The position numbers and the translations under genes are program-made. Source: Acutalibacteraceae bacterium (GTDB lineage Bacteria; Bacillota; Clostridia; Oscillospirales; Acutalibacteraceae). From it: a stretch of DNA of 64,000 bases. Under the pieces are notes generated by a model that was not told where the DNA came from, did not search any database, and saw nothing but the letters and a program-made list of their open reading frames with translations. Positions 18,253 through 31,256 of this stretch are shown one piece after another. Position 1 is the stretch's first letter. The number at the start of each line of letters is the position of its first letter. The stretch spans positions 14,267 to 78,266 of the forward strand of contig JAZUOS010000054.1 of assembly GCA_045604765.1 (NCBI GenBank), written 5' to 3'.

Positions 18253-21200
18253 TTAATAACCAAAGTGGTTGTTGTTGTTAAAGTCCTCGGTCATTTCGGT
18301 AACGATATCTCGTCTGCCGTCTTCTTGATACACCCTTATGTAATCGATTTCAAGGTCGATTTTATCGGGATTTGCCGCTGTACCTTCGTCAGTCAGCATA
18401 TCGGTATGCATAACTGCCAAGTCACTTGTAGCATTTTGGTGATTTGGATTTGAAGAATACAACACATTATCAAACAAGATATACATATATTGGTTTGCGG
18501 TTTCTGCATCGTTTACAACATCGCGATTCGATGGAATTTCACCGTTATTTTCCTTATTATATGTCAAATCACTTGTACTAAGCACTGCATCGTCGCCCTC
18601 TACACCGTCGCCGTTGATATCATAGATATATAATGTGAGGTTAAATTTATCTACACCGTTAGTGCTCCAGTAGAAACCGTAACGGCGTGGAGCTGTAAGC
18701 TGTTTTTGAAGCGTTTCTATATAATTAGCGGTAACACCATATGATGAGCCTTGCCATCCGTATGAAAAACGCTTATTCCTACCATCTGTAAAATCGTGAT
18801 ACGCAGCACTTGTACTAAAATAATACTCAGTTGAATCAGTACCAAACCAACTCTTCTGCATTACAGCACGCGGTGTACCTGGGTTATCCCAGTCTATAAC
18901 ATTTACCGTGCTCGCCTTATTAGAGCCCACCGCATAAAATTTATGCACATTAAGGTACAGACGATAATCATAACTGCCAGTTTCCTTAACTTTTCTAACA
19001 ACACTACTTGTTATACTGGGGTTTTGCATAAGCTCCCAAACGTCTATTTCAAAGTGAGTCGTGGGAATTTGGTATTTAAAGGTTTTTAGATTGGTGGAAT
19101 CCATTGTACTTGAAATACCGTCATAGGCATATTCGCCTTTGTTATTTAGCTTATAAACCTTGCTATAAAGCGACTCGGTAAAATAGGTGTTGTTATAATT
19201 GCCGTGACCTAACATCCACCAAGACGCAAAGGTGTGACCGTCTGACGGCAATCTGCCGTACATTTCAGAATAGCCTTGCTTATAAATCATTGAATGGTTT
19301 GTCTTTATAAGACCAGGGTTGGCAATAATATCTTCATCGTCTATTTCGCCACCAAAAGCATCGGTACCTGTTTGATTATATAACCTTGCATAACCCAAAC
19401 GGTCGGTAACTGCAGTAGCGTGCTCTGCCTTAACTCCACGGGTGATGGTGAGTTTTCCGTCCTCTACCCAATAAAGCTGTGACATTTCTTCTCTGTTTGA
19501 ACCCTGTAAATTACGGTAATTACCCGCAGTGCCTCTGATACTTTCGGTGTTCATTACATTATAGTTCCAAGTATCAAGTGATATTTCGGCATTTTCACCG
19601 TCGGCAGCATCTTTAATTCCGTTAAACTCGTCACCCCAAGCGTAATAGAACGTTTTTTCGGTATCGGCTTTGCCGTCAAAATTAGTATCAACCTTAACGG
19701 TTGTGGCTCTCTTTTCGGGAGCAAGAGTTGCGTTGCCCACAGTATAAACCATACCCGTTTTAAAATCGGAATTATTTATAAAATCAAGCACCGCCTGCTC
19801 TACACCCGTAAAGCTGCCGCCTTTAAACCATAACACACAATTTTGCTCGTCATAAGTTATTGAGTAATCGTTAGTATTGTGATTGTTGTCGGCATATTTA
19901 TCATAATTTGAAATGTCGCCCACTATTATTTCAAGCATACCTGTGGGCGTGTCCGTAATGTCATTTGCGTGAACATACACGGCGCTGCTGTCGCTGTTTG
20001 TGCCCGAAACGGTCTTTTTAGCACTTACAACCTTTTGTATATCGATGCCTTCAAGCTCTTGCTCGAGATAAAGCTCTAATCGGCGCGCAGCATCATAGTT
20101 ATCGTTTTCGCCGTAATATATCTTGATTTTACCAAGATTCGCATTGCGCCAGAATCCGTCATAAAGCTTATCGTAATCGCCCACAATGCTACGGCTTAAA
20201 GCAGCAAGGTCGCTGATATTTATTTGACCGTCGCGGTTAACGTCACCGTAAACATTTTCATAGCCGGGGGCTTTAAGTATTGCGCGACGCAGCGTTACAA
20301 TATCAATAGCGGTGTATTCGTCGGTATTGCCGTCGCCGTCGACATCAGCCAAGCTGCGCGCTGCAGCAAAGTTTTTAAGCTTTGGTGTGCTGCCGCCGGC
20401 GCCACCCTTATACCATACATCATGGTTTTTAGCTACATCAATAGTGCCTATCGCGCCTTTGTCGTTATAATATGCAGTCTTTGTAGCAGATGTAGAACTG
20501 TCATCAGCAATATAATAGCTATTTTCAATAACAGCATTTTTGCTGTTGCCAACAATATGAGAATCGGCAGCGTAACTTGCTACCAAACAGTTTTCTGCCG
20601 AGCAGCCGCTAACCGTAGCACCTGACTTTACTTCACCCGCGATAGCGCCTGCATATCCCGAACCCGAAATAAAAGAGCTGTTACGGATATGAATATTTTT
20701 AACAACGCCGTTTTCTGCCAAAATGGGTATAAGACCAACCGATTGATCATCACCCACATAAAGATTTGTAACTGTATATCCGTCGCCGTCTAAAACACCG
20801 CCGAACGGAACATATTTATATGTAGCATTTGTAGTGCTTCCAAGTGTATCTTGTGTAATCCATACAGCCCGAGATGCGTCAATATCACAGGTTAGCTTGT
20901 AATAGAGTCGGTTAAAAATATTCATACCGCCCGATGCAATTGCGCGAGCGAGCTCAAAAGCGTTTGAAATTAAGTATGGGTCATCTTGAGTTCCCGAACC
21001 CATAATTCTATGATTCATACCGTAGGTTCCGCGCACATTTGCGCCTCCAAACAAATTATAGCCACCGCCATTATTAAGCTGCTGAGCAATTAGAGACGCA
21101 TATGTAGCGTTTAAACTATCAGCATTAGAATTTACCGTTGGCATTGGTATTAAACGCTGGGTTGCGCCGTTGTAAACCGTAACAATCTGCCAATTGTTTT

Positions 21201-22392
21201 TCCAGTTGAGTCCCGGCATATCATAGACGGTATATTCATTTTTAGCTTCAAGACGAACAATATCAAGTAACTTATCATACTTGTTGGGGTATTTTAACGG
21301 AATTTGTGAAGATATATCGCTATAGGAATCGAAAAAGTACACCTGAAAGCCTTGATTTTTATCGTATCGGCTATAAAATACCTCTTTACCTTCAACACAT
21401 ACTTCGTCAACAATTGGAGCACCCAAGGCCACACAAGAGTTGATTTCGACATTATTCATACCGTTTCCGCCGCTTATGATAGCACCAATCATATCGGATG
21501 TCACGCGGTCTACACTTGAAGTAACAATTCTCTCACAAGAATAGCCGTCATAAAGGCAGTTGCTTATAATAAGATTTTCACAGGTGCCTTGTGTTGAAAC
21601 AATACCCGCGGCGCCTGAGTTATACTGATATAAACCGTTATCAGATCTCTGAGAAAGATTAATGTCACGAGTAGAAGCGATATACGAATTGCGGACAGAA
21701 ACATTTGCAATGGTGTGAATTGTCGAGTCGTTAGTATATACGCCTAAATTAGTAGTAAGCAAGGCGGCATTACCGCTACCGCTTGAATAGCAAGAATCAA
21801 AATTAAGGTTTTTAACAGTAGCACTACCGTCAAGCTTATGAATAAGGCCCTGTCCGGTAGAGCAGTACATACCGTAAACGGTAACGCCATTACCGTCAAG
21901 ATTACCTACAAATGCTTTGCCTGGTTTCCAATCCTTTTTAGCGCCCTTATTAACAAAACTTTTAATACCTGCAAGCGATTCATTGCCCGAAATATCGTTA
22001 AGATAAATAGCGTTAACCCCGTCAGCCACCTTGTAATAATACGGCGTATAAACCGGAACATATACATCTGTTGAACTTTGTTTTAGTATTTTGTCACTCT
22101 GATAACCGCCGGCAACGCTCTCCGCTTTTTCAACGCCCTCAGTAGTGTCGGTGATATGAGTCAAGGCCCGATAAAGCTGGTCGGCGGTTTCTATTATATA
22201 GGGGTCGTCCTTTGTGCCGACACCGCCTGCAAAGCTGCCTGCCGCATTACCGCTCCAATAAGATACCTGCGAAGCTCGCGTAGTAGCTGCCGCTTTTGTA
22301 TAAACATTTATGCCATTTCCTACAACAAACATTGTACCTATTAGCATTGTAAGTGCGAGCATAATACTGACAAAGCCCTTAAATAATTTCAT
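18253..22392 (-). CDS. secreted multidomain protein: two beta-helix-like modules, internal dockerin, C-terminal GH16-like domain
   Basis: 1379 aa with a signal peptide. A G(T)xDDPY(I/L)I cap motif occurs twice (aa ~58 and ~466). Dockerin at aa ~683-740. GH16 motifs WGDEFNG and EIDVWE. Confidence 0.8.
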   Translation of the reverse strand: MKLFKGFVSIMLALTMLIGTMFVVGNGINVYTKAAATTRASQVSYWSGNAAGSFAGGVGTKDDPYIIETADQLYRALTHITDTTEGVEKAESVAGGYQSDKILKQSSTDVYVPVYTPYYYKVADGVNAIYLNDISGNESLAGIKSFVNKGAKKDWKPGKAFVGNLDGNGVTVYGMYCSTGQGLIHKLDGSATVKNLNFDSCYSSGSGNAALLTTNLGVYTNDSTIHTIANVSVRNSYIASTRDINLSQRSDNGLYQYNSGAAGIVSTQGTCENLIISNCLYDGYSCERIVTSSVDRVTSDMIGAIISGGNGMNNVEINSCVALGAPIVDEVCVEGKEVFYSRYDKNQGFQVYFFDSYSDISSQIPLKYPNKYDKLLDIVRLEAKNEYTVYDMPGLNWKNNWQIVTVYNGATQRLIPMPTVNSNADSLNATYASLIAQQLNNGGGYNLFGGANVRGTYGMNHRIMGSGTQDDPYLISNAFELARAIASGGMNIFNRLYYKLTCDIDASRAVWITQDTLGSTTNATYKYVPFGGVLDGDGYTVTNLYVGDDQSVGLIPILAENGVVKNIHIRNSSFISGSGYAGAIAGEVKSGATVSGCSAENCLVASYAADSHIVGNSKNAVIENSYYIADDSSTSATKTAYYNDKGAIGTIDVAKNHDVWYKGGAGGSTPKLKNFAAARSLADVDGDGNTDEYTAIDIVTLRRAILKAPGYENVYGDVNRDGQINISDLAALSRSIVGDYDKLYDGFWRNANLGKIKIYYGENDNYDAARRLELYLEQELEGIDIQKVVSAKKTVSGTNSDSSAVYVHANDITDTPTGMLEIIVGDISNYDKYADNNHNTNDYSITYDEQNCVLWFKGGSFTGVEQAVLDFINNSDFKTGMVYTVGNATLAPEKRATTVKVDTNFDGKADTEKTFYYAWGDEFNGIKDAADGENAEISLDTWNYNVMNTESIRGTAGNYRNLQGSNREEMSQLYWVEDGKLTITRGVKAEHATAVTDRLGYARLYNQTGTDAFGGEIDDEDIIANPGLIKTNHSMIYKQGYSEMYGRLPSDGHTFASWWMLGHGNYNNTYFTESLYSKVYKLNNKGEYAYDGISSTMDSTNLKTFKYQIPTTHFEIDVWELMQNPSITSSVVRKVKETGSYDYRLYLNVHKFYAVGSNKASTVNVIDWDNPGTPRAVMQKSWFGTDSTEYYFSTSAAYHDFTDGRNKRFSYGWQGSSYGVTANYIETLQKQLTAPRRYGFYWSTNGVDKFNLTLYIYDINGDGVEGDDAVLSTSDLTYNKENNGEIPSNRDVVNDAETANQYMYILFDNVLYSSNPNHQNATSDLAVMHTDMLTDEGTAANPDKIDLEIDYIRVYQEDGRRDIVTEMTEDFNNNNHFGY
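20173..20346 (-). other. type I dockerin module (duplicated Ca-binding loops)
   Basis: DVDGDGNTDEYTAIDIVTLRRAIL ... GDVNRDGQINISDLAALSRSIV. Confidence 0.8.
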
Positions 22393-22490
22393 TGATTTTC
22401 TCCTTTTATATGGTGTTAAACGATATCTTCACATAAACATATATATTATAACACAATTGTGCCGTTATTGCAATGATATATGTAATTAAA

Positions 22491-22515
22491 CCCCGCGAAT
22501 TTGAAATTCGCGGGG
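22491..22515 (-). terminator. terminator of the atp operon
   Basis: 11-bp perfect stem ccccgcgaatt / aattcgcgggg directly after the atpC stop. Confidence 0.65.
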
Positions 22516-22521
22516 TAATAG

Positions 22522-22781
22522 TTAATTCCATTTGAAATCGCTGCAAAGCAGTGTGGTTTTTTCGTTTTGCACGGTTAGTATTCCGCCGCTTATGGTAGCG
22601 GTTTTTTCTTGTGCCTCAGACAAAACAATTTTACATTCGCCGGGTTTTACCGCAGTGATAAAGGGGATATGCCCTGCCATTATAGCAAGCTCACCTTCGG
22701 TGCCGCGAACAATAATCACCATTACCTGTTCGTCAAGCACACTGCCGTCTGGAGTAGAAATAACAAGGTTATAGGTGTTCA

Positions 22782-22782
<1 letters not shown>
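22522..22782 (-). CDS. atpC: F1 ATP synthase epsilon subunit, beta-sandwich domain only
   Basis: 86 aa at the last position of the atp operon. Its start overlaps the atpD stop. Confidence 0.85.
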
Positions 22783-24200
<1,418 letters not shown>

Positions 24201-24203
24201 TTA

Positions 24204-25010
24204 TCAGTTGCCTGCACCGGCAACAATTTCAGTAATTTCTTGTGTAATCGCACCCTGACGTGCGCGGTTATACTCAAGCTGTAGTTCATCTATCATTTGC
24301 TGCGCGTTTTTGCCTGCTGAATCCATTGCCATACGACGAGCAGCAACCTCGCTTGCAAAGCTTTCACGCACGCAGGACACGATTATTCCCGAAAGGTATT
24401 CGGGCACTGCTATATCAAGTATTGTGCGCTCATCAGGCTCAAAAACCGCCGCTGTGCTTTTGGTGTTTTCACCCTTTTTAAGCGGCAAAACCCATTTAAC
24501 TGTGGGAGTTTGAGTCATCATTGATATATAGTTTGTGGTAACTATTCCAAGTCGGTCGAATTCGCCTTTTTGGAACTGTTCACAAAGCTCTTTTGCAAGG
24601 CGGAAGGCATCTGCGGCACAAAACTTTTCGCTTGATACTATTTCTTTTCCGTATCGCTCGCAAGCACGCTTGCCAATAGGAACAATCTCTGCCTCGCCAT
24701 AATCGCGAACGGTACGAAAAACATTTGCATTATAGCCGCCTGCAAGACCGCGATCACCCGCGATTACAATAAGCTTTGTTTTGCCACCGTCCTTAAATTC
24801 ACGCATAAAGGGACTTTTTGCACACTCGGGTACTGCAGTAAGCAAATCAACCACACTTTGAACAGCAGACTCGTACTGACGACCTGCCGCCATAGCCATA
24901 TTTGCTTTTCGCATTTTAGATGACGCTACAAGACCCATTGCCTTTGTCAAATGGAGCGTTGAATCAACACTTTTTATACGCAGTTTGAGCGTTTTGGTGT
25001 TTCCTGACAT
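24204..25010 (-). CDS. atpG: F1 ATP synthase gamma subunit
   Basis: 268 aa. Operon position and conserved C-terminus (RQGAITQEITEIVAGA). Confidence 0.9.
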   Translation of the reverse strand: MSGNTKTLKLRIKSVDSTLHLTKAMGLVASSKMRKANMAMAAGRQYESAVQSVVDLLTAVPECAKSPFMREFKDGGKTKLIVIAGDRGLAGGYNANVFRTVRDYGEAEIVPIGKRACERYGKEIVSSEKFCAADAFRLAKELCEQFQKGEFDRLGIVTTNYISMMTQTPTVKWVLPLKKGENTKSTAAVFEPDERTILDIAVPEYLSGIIVSCVRESFASEVAARRMAMDSAGKNAQQMIDELQLEYNRARQGAITQEITEIVAGAGN

Positions 25011-25016
25011 CTATCG

Positions 25017-26510
25017 TCACCTCGTCATTTCACGAAGTGTTTCTTCGAGTGATGCTATATCTTCATCCTCAAAATAACCCTCTTCAAAACGAGCAAGTAA
25101 CTGCGGTTTTTGGTTTTGTAGTTTTTCAAACAAACGCTGCTCAAACTTATGAACATCGGCAACCGCTACTGTGTCAAGCCATCCTTTTGTTACAGCATAA
25201 ATAATTGCAACCTGACAACCAACCGATACAGGACTGTTACGTCCTTGTTTGAGCACCTCTACTATACGCTCGCCAAGCGCAAGACGCGCTTTGGTGTCAG
25301 CGTCAAGGTCGCTACCAAACTGTGCGAATGCCTGAAGCTCACGGTACTGTGAATATAAAAGCTTAAGTTCACCCGAAACCTTTTTCATACTCTTTTTCTG
25401 AGCAGAACCACCAACACGGCTTACCGAAATACCGGGGTTGATAGCGGGCATAACACCTGCGTGGAAAAGCTCGGTTTCAAGGAATATCTGTCCGTCGGTA
25501 ATCGAGATAACATTAGTAGGAATATATGCCGAAACGTCACCCGCTTGTGTTTCAATTATAGGCAGTGCTGTAATTGAACCGCCGCCGTATTCGGGCGCCA
25601 CGCAAGCAGCACGCTCGAGCAAACGTGAATGCAGATAGAATACGTCACCGGGGTATGCCTCACGGCCGGGTGGACGACGGATAAGAAGCGACAGTGCACG
25701 GTATGCCACAGCGTGCTTACTTAAATCGTCATATATTATAAGAACATCTTTACCCTGTGCTCTGAAGTATTCAGCCATAGCGCAACCCGAATATGGCGCT
25801 ATATACTGAAGCGGAGCACTTTCAGATGCCGAAGCTGATACTACTATTGTATAGTCCATGGCGCCTGCTTTTGTGAGGTTGTTTACAAGGCTTACAACCG
25901 ATGTGTTCTTTTGACCGATTGCTACATAAATACATATAACATCGGTGTTTTTTTGATTTATAATTGTGTCAATAGCAATTTCGGTTTTACCTGTCTGACG
26001 GTCACCGATAATAAGCTCACGTTGACCGCGACCAATAGGAATCATACTGTCAATGGCCTTAATACCTGTTTGTAGCGGTACAGATACGCTCTTACGCTCG
26101 ATAATACCGGGGGCTTCAGCCTCAATAGGATTAAAACCGCTATACTCAATTGGTCCTTTACCGTCAATTGGTTCGCCAAGCGCGCTTACAACACGGCCTA
26201 GCATTTTTTCGCCTACAGGCACCGATAAAACCTTACCTGTGCGGCGCACAACGGTACCCTCGCGGATGCTGTTTTCATTTGAAAGCATAGCAACAGATAC
26301 GGTGTCTTCCTCAAGGTTTTGAGCAAGACCTGCCGAGCCATCTTCAAATTCGAGCAACTCATTTGCCATGCAGTTTGTAAGACCGTAAACGCGTGCGATA
26401 CCGTCACCGACAAGGATTACTCTGCCGGTTTCCTTCATTTCTATTTGTGAGCGATAATTTTTTATCTGCTCTTTTATGATATAACTTATTTCTTGTTGTT
26501 TTTCACTCAT
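25017..26510 (-). CDS. atpA: F1 ATP synthase alpha subunit
   Basis: 497 aa with Walker A GDRQTGKT. Confidence 0.97.
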   Translation of the reverse strand: MSEKQQEISYIIKEQIKNYRSQIEMKETGRVILVGDGIARVYGLTNCMANELLEFEDGSAGLAQNLEEDTVSVAMLSNENSIREGTVVRRTGKVLSVPVGEKMLGRVVSALGEPIDGKGPIEYSGFNPIEAEAPGIIERKSVSVPLQTGIKAIDSMIPIGRGQRELIIGDRQTGKTEIAIDTIINQKNTDVICIYVAIGQKNTSVVSLVNNLTKAGAMDYTIVVSASASESAPLQYIAPYSGCAMAEYFRAQGKDVLIIYDDLSKHAVAYRALSLLIRRPPGREAYPGDVFYLHSRLLERAACVAPEYGGGSITALPIIETQAGDVSAYIPTNVISITDGQIFLETELFHAGVMPAINPGISVSRVGGSAQKKSMKKVSGELKLLYSQYRELQAFAQFGSDLDADTKARLALGERIVEVLKQGRNSPVSVGCQVAIIYAVTKGWLDTVAVADVHKFEQRLFEKLQNQKPQLLARFEEGYFEDEDIASLEETLREMTR

Positions 26511-27046
26511 ACGCCAATCACTTCCCTTACGCGTTTTAAGTTATTTTTCACGCTGCCGTCAAGCAACTCGCCGTCGATTTCAACCTGAATACCACCAAGC
26601 AGCGCGCTGTCAATAACGCAATTGAGCGTAACCGATTTTTCGGTGCGCTTTTCAAGACTTTTGATAAGACGCTGCTTTTGAGCTTCGTTTAGCTCTACAG
26701 CCGTTTTAACCGTTGCAACAACGGTATTTTTCGCCCATTCGCGAAGGCGCTCGTATTCCGACACACAGTCAAAGAACTGCTCGGCTTTGCCGTGCTCGCA
26801 CAAAAGCTGTAAAAACGACAAAACATGTCGGTTAATTTTGCCCTCAAAAGCCTGTGCCAACGCGGCGGTGCGCTCGCTTTTTGGAATACTTGGTGTTGAC
26901 AAAAGCTGTAAATATTCGGGGCTTTCTATAAAAATCGCCTTGGCTATATTTAACCCATCAAAAAACTCATCAATAGAATTTTCTTCGCGCGCCAACATAA
27001 ACAGCGCTTCAGCATAATTGTTACCTGTCGCTGTCATTGTCTTCAC
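26507..27046 (-). CDS. atpH: F1 ATP synthase delta (OSCP) subunit
   Basis: 179 aa. Assigned by operon position between b and alpha. Confidence 0.85.
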   Translation of the reverse strand: MKTMTATGNNYAEALFMLAREENSIDEFFDGLNIAKAIFIESPEYLQLLSTPSIPKSERTAALAQAFEGKINRHVLSFLQLLCEHGKAEQFFDCVSEYERLREWAKNTVVATVKTAVELNEAQKQRLIKSLEKRTEKSVTLNCVIDSALLGGIQVEIDGELLDGSVKNNLKRVREVIGV

Positions 27047-27536
27047 CTATTTTGTCAATAAAATCATCTATCAGCGCCTTGTGGTCATCACTATTAATCT
27101 CACGTGAGAGCATCTTTTCGGTAAGGGCTGTAGAAACATCTATTATTTGTGTTTTTATAGATTCTTCGGCACGTTTAAGTTCGAGTGCAGCATCTATTTC
27201 TGCTTGACGAACGATACCATCCGCAGTTGCTTTTGCATCCTCAACAATTTTGTTTCCGCGTGCTTGGGCTGCATCTGCCGCCTCTTTTACGATTTCCTCA
27301 GCTTCAGCTTTTGCATTTTGGAGTCGGCTTGTAAGCTCGGCATCCTTTGCCTCTGCGCTGTTCTTTGCGATCTCGGCATCGGCATACTGCCCGTCAATTT
27401 CGGCGCGGCGTGTTTCTAACATTTTTGTAACCGGTTTATACAAAAACTTTTTAAGAATTAAAAACAAAATTACAAGGTTTGCAAGGGATATGAGTATCTG
27501 CCACAAATTTACGGATATTATATCCAGATTTTGCAT
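27021..27536 (-). CDS. atpF: Fo ATP synthase b subunit
   Basis: 171 aa with one N-terminal TM helix and a long Ala/Glu-rich helix. Confidence 0.85.
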   Translation of the reverse strand: MQNLDIISVNLWQILISLANLVILFLILKKFLYKPVTKMLETRRAEIDGQYADAEIAKNSAEAKDAELTSRLQNAKAEAEEIVKEAADAAQARGNKIVEDAKATADGIVRQAEIDAALELKRAEESIKTQIIDVSTALTEKMLSREINSDDHKALIDDFIDKIGEDNDSDR

Positions 27537-27552
27537 TTAAAGCTCCCCCGAA

Positions 27553-28699
<1,147 letters not shown>

Positions 28700-28789
28700 A
28701 GCTCCCGCTAACAGCAGTATGTCACCAATTATAAAGCCAACTCTTTTTTTTGAATTCGTAAAGCAACACCTCCTTAATCTTTTTACAAA

Positions 28790-29176
28790 CTATTTATTCT
28801 TGTCTATCAAAGGTCTTATCATTATTGCTATGCGCGGAAAAATGAGCGGAATCACTATTGCCACACGCGTGGGGGTCTGTTTAAATATGATTAAACCAAC
28901 CGCTGCCAAAACAAAAATTCCAGCCATTCGCAAGCTTTGCGATGCTCTTACGGTTTGACGAGCTTCCTTTTCATCCTGCGTTACGGCCTTTTGAACAAAA
29001 AGCCCCATTACAAAAAAATTGCCCACTGCAATTATAATTCCCCAAAAATTACCAAGAAGTATAGTATAATCCCATTTAGAAATTATTAAAAACACAGCCT
29101 GCATTAAAACGCTTAATATCAAGACAAATGAAGCTATATATTTAGTTTCTTTTATTACGGTTTTATCTACTTTCAT
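28790..29176 (-). CDS. atpI: ATP synthase protein I (AtpI)-like small membrane protein
   Basis: About 128 aa with 4 hydrophobic segments. First gene of the atp operon. Confidence 0.65.
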   Translation of the reverse strand: MKVDKTVIKETKYIASFVLILSVLMQAVFLIISKWDYTILLGNFWGIIIAVGNFFVMGLFVQKAVTQDEKEARQTVRASQSLRMAGIFVLAAVGLIIFKQTPTRVAIVIPLIFPRIAIMIRPLIDKNK

Positions 29177-29307
29177 TAAACACAATCCAATTCTTACCCA
29201 ATTTAGAATTATTTTACCACAAATTGTATTATAAGTCTATAATAAATAAAAAATTAACAAAGAATTTTTTGCTTAAACACACATATATATTTATATGAGG
29301 TGGTTTT

Positions 29308-29568
29308 TTGAAAACGCTTGGAATACTTGCAATAATATGGCTGTCACTCAGCGCTTTGGTACTGTTTATTTTACATATAAAGAGTCATAAAATAATTAAA
29401 TCAATATTTTTAAATGCTCTGCTTGGTTTTGCGGCAATAGCCGCGATAAACCTGACTCAAAAATTCACAGGCGTCCATATACCTCTTAACTGGTACACCG
29501 TCGGCGGCAGTGGAATTTTTGGCCTACCCGCAGTTTGTGGGATAATACTTTTGCAAGTAATAATTTAA
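29308..29568 (+). CDS. bofA: pro-sigma-K processing inhibitor BofA
   Basis: 86 aa, two TM helices, C-terminal GIFGLPAVCGIILL pattern. TTG start after GAGGTGG. Confidence 0.7.
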   Translation: MKTLGILAIIWLSLSALVLFILHIKSHKIIKSIFLNALLGFAAIAAINLTQKFTGVHIPLNWYTVGGSGIFGLPAVCGIILLQVII

Positions 29569-29591
29569 AGCCTCTGATTACCAGAGGCTTT
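29567..29591. terminator. bidirectional terminator between bofA and the sensor kinase gene
   Basis: 10-bp stem aaagcctctg / cagaggcttt. Confidence 0.6.
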
Positions 29592-29594
29592 AAA

Positions 29595-31256
29595 TTATTT
29601 AGTTTTATCAAAACTTACCGTAACAGATGTACCTACTTTTTCCTGACTGTTAAGCGTAATTTCGGCGCCCATATAAGCGGCGGCGTGCTTCACAATAGCA
29701 AGGCCGAGTCCTGTGCCGCCAACTTGTTTAGAGTGACTTTTATCAACACGGTAAAAGCGCTCAAAAACACGCGGCTGTTCGCCTTTTGGAATGCCGATGC
29801 CCGTATCACGCACGGTAAGGTTCACCTTTGTTTCGGTGGTATTTATTATAATGTCCACCCTACCGTTTGGTTTATTGTATTTTATAGCATTGTCGCAAAG
29901 GTTATAAATCATTTCGTCAATGATTTTAGGCGTGCCAAAAACACAGGCTTTTTCACCTATTAAATCAAGTGAAATGTTTTGCTTGTCTGCCAAGGGCTTT
30001 AGGCTTTTTATGACATTTTGCGACAGTTCGTATAGGTCAAGTTCTTGTTTTTCAAATAAAGAGGGATTTTCATCAAGCTCGGATATTTTAATAATATCAC
30101 TAACAAGCGTAATAAGTCGCTGCGCCTCATCATATATAGAACTTGAAAAATCAACCACGGTAGCATCAGATGTGCCGCCCGATTTCATTATTTCGGCAAA
30201 GCCTGAAATAGAGGTAAGTGGAGTTTTAAGCTCGTGTGACACATTCGAGGTAAACTCGCGTCGCAACTGCTCACGACGGACACTTTCGGTAATGTCGATA
30301 ATAACAATTACCGCGCCTATTACCGCCTCGCCCTCGAAAACAGGGTTTGCAATAAGGCTATATACGCTATCATCGTGATCAATTTCTTTTTCGGCACGAG
30401 AACCTAAAAGCACCTGCTCAATAAGCTCGCGGAAATTTTTTGTTCGGTTAAAAAGCAGTGCGCTACCGCCGTTTTTAAGGTTTTCTATTTCAAGCAACTG
30501 TGCCGCCGCTTTGTTGTGTGACAAAACATTGGCATTACTGTCAATAACCAATAGACCCTCACTCATATTCTCGGTTATAAGGTTAAATTCCTCTTGCCGC
30601 TGACGAGCTATGCGCACCTGCTTTTCTATGGTCCGCTTTTGCGCTGAAATCTTTTTAAGCAAAGGGGTCAATTCTTCGTATGCTTCATTACCTGCAGGAT
30701 TATCAAGGTCAAGCTCATTTATAGGCTTGATAATTGATTTTGAAACCTTATGTGAAATAATAAGTGATAAAATAAGCGCTACTATGATAATTATGCTAAG
30801 CGGGTAAACAAGGCTGAGCAGCAGCACAAAAATCGAATCCTGCATTGCCGATACACGAAGCACCGTGCCATCAGACAAGCGAACGGCATAATAAACGGTG
30901 CGTTTCATCATAGTATCAGAAAAACGGGTGCTTGTGCCGCTACCGTTTATCAACGCATCTTTAATTTCCTGTCGGTCGGCGTGATTATCAAGTGTTGTCT
31001 CATCAGCCGATGTGTCAATCAAAACTGTACCGTCGGTGGCGATAAGGGTAATACGTTTGTCATCACCCTCAAAATTGCTGATATACTCAACGCCCTCGTT
31101 TTCGACCGCAAGGGCAATATACCCCGCCTCGCTTTCAAGCTCGCTTAGCAGTTGCTTTTGCGAGTGGCTGAAAAGCACAACAAATGTAAGTATAAAGCTG
31201 ATAAGCAGTATAAACAGTGAAGTAAAAAAGTTAGAATTAAAAATCTTTTTATCCAT
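29595..31256 (-). CDS. sensor histidine kinase (PhoR-like: TM - extracellular domain - TM - PAS - HisKA - HATPase)
   Basis: 553 aa. H-box SHELKTPLTSI and G-boxes DTGIGI and GGTGLGLAIV. Confidence 0.9.
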   Translation of the reverse strand: MDKKIFNSNFFTSLFILLISFILTFVVLFSHSQKQLLSELESEAGYIALAVENEGVEYISNFEGDDKRITLIATDGTVLIDTSADETTLDNHADRQEIKDALINGSGTSTRFSDTMMKRTVYYAVRLSDGTVLRVSAMQDSIFVLLLSLVYPLSIIIIVALILSLIISHKVSKSIIKPINELDLDNPAGNEAYEELTPLLKKISAQKRTIEKQVRIARQRQEEFNLITENMSEGLLVIDSNANVLSHNKAAAQLLEIENLKNGGSALLFNRTKNFRELIEQVLLGSRAEKEIDHDDSVYSLIANPVFEGEAVIGAVIVIIDITESVRREQLRREFTSNVSHELKTPLTSISGFAEIMKSGGTSDATVVDFSSSIYDEAQRLITLVSDIIKISELDENPSLFEKQELDLYELSQNVIKSLKPLADKQNISLDLIGEKACVFGTPKIIDEMIYNLCDNAIKYNKPNGRVDIIINTTETKVNLTVRDTGIGIPKGEQPRVFERFYRVDKSHSKQVGGTGLGLAIVKHAAAYMGAEITLNSQEKVGTSVTVSFDKTK

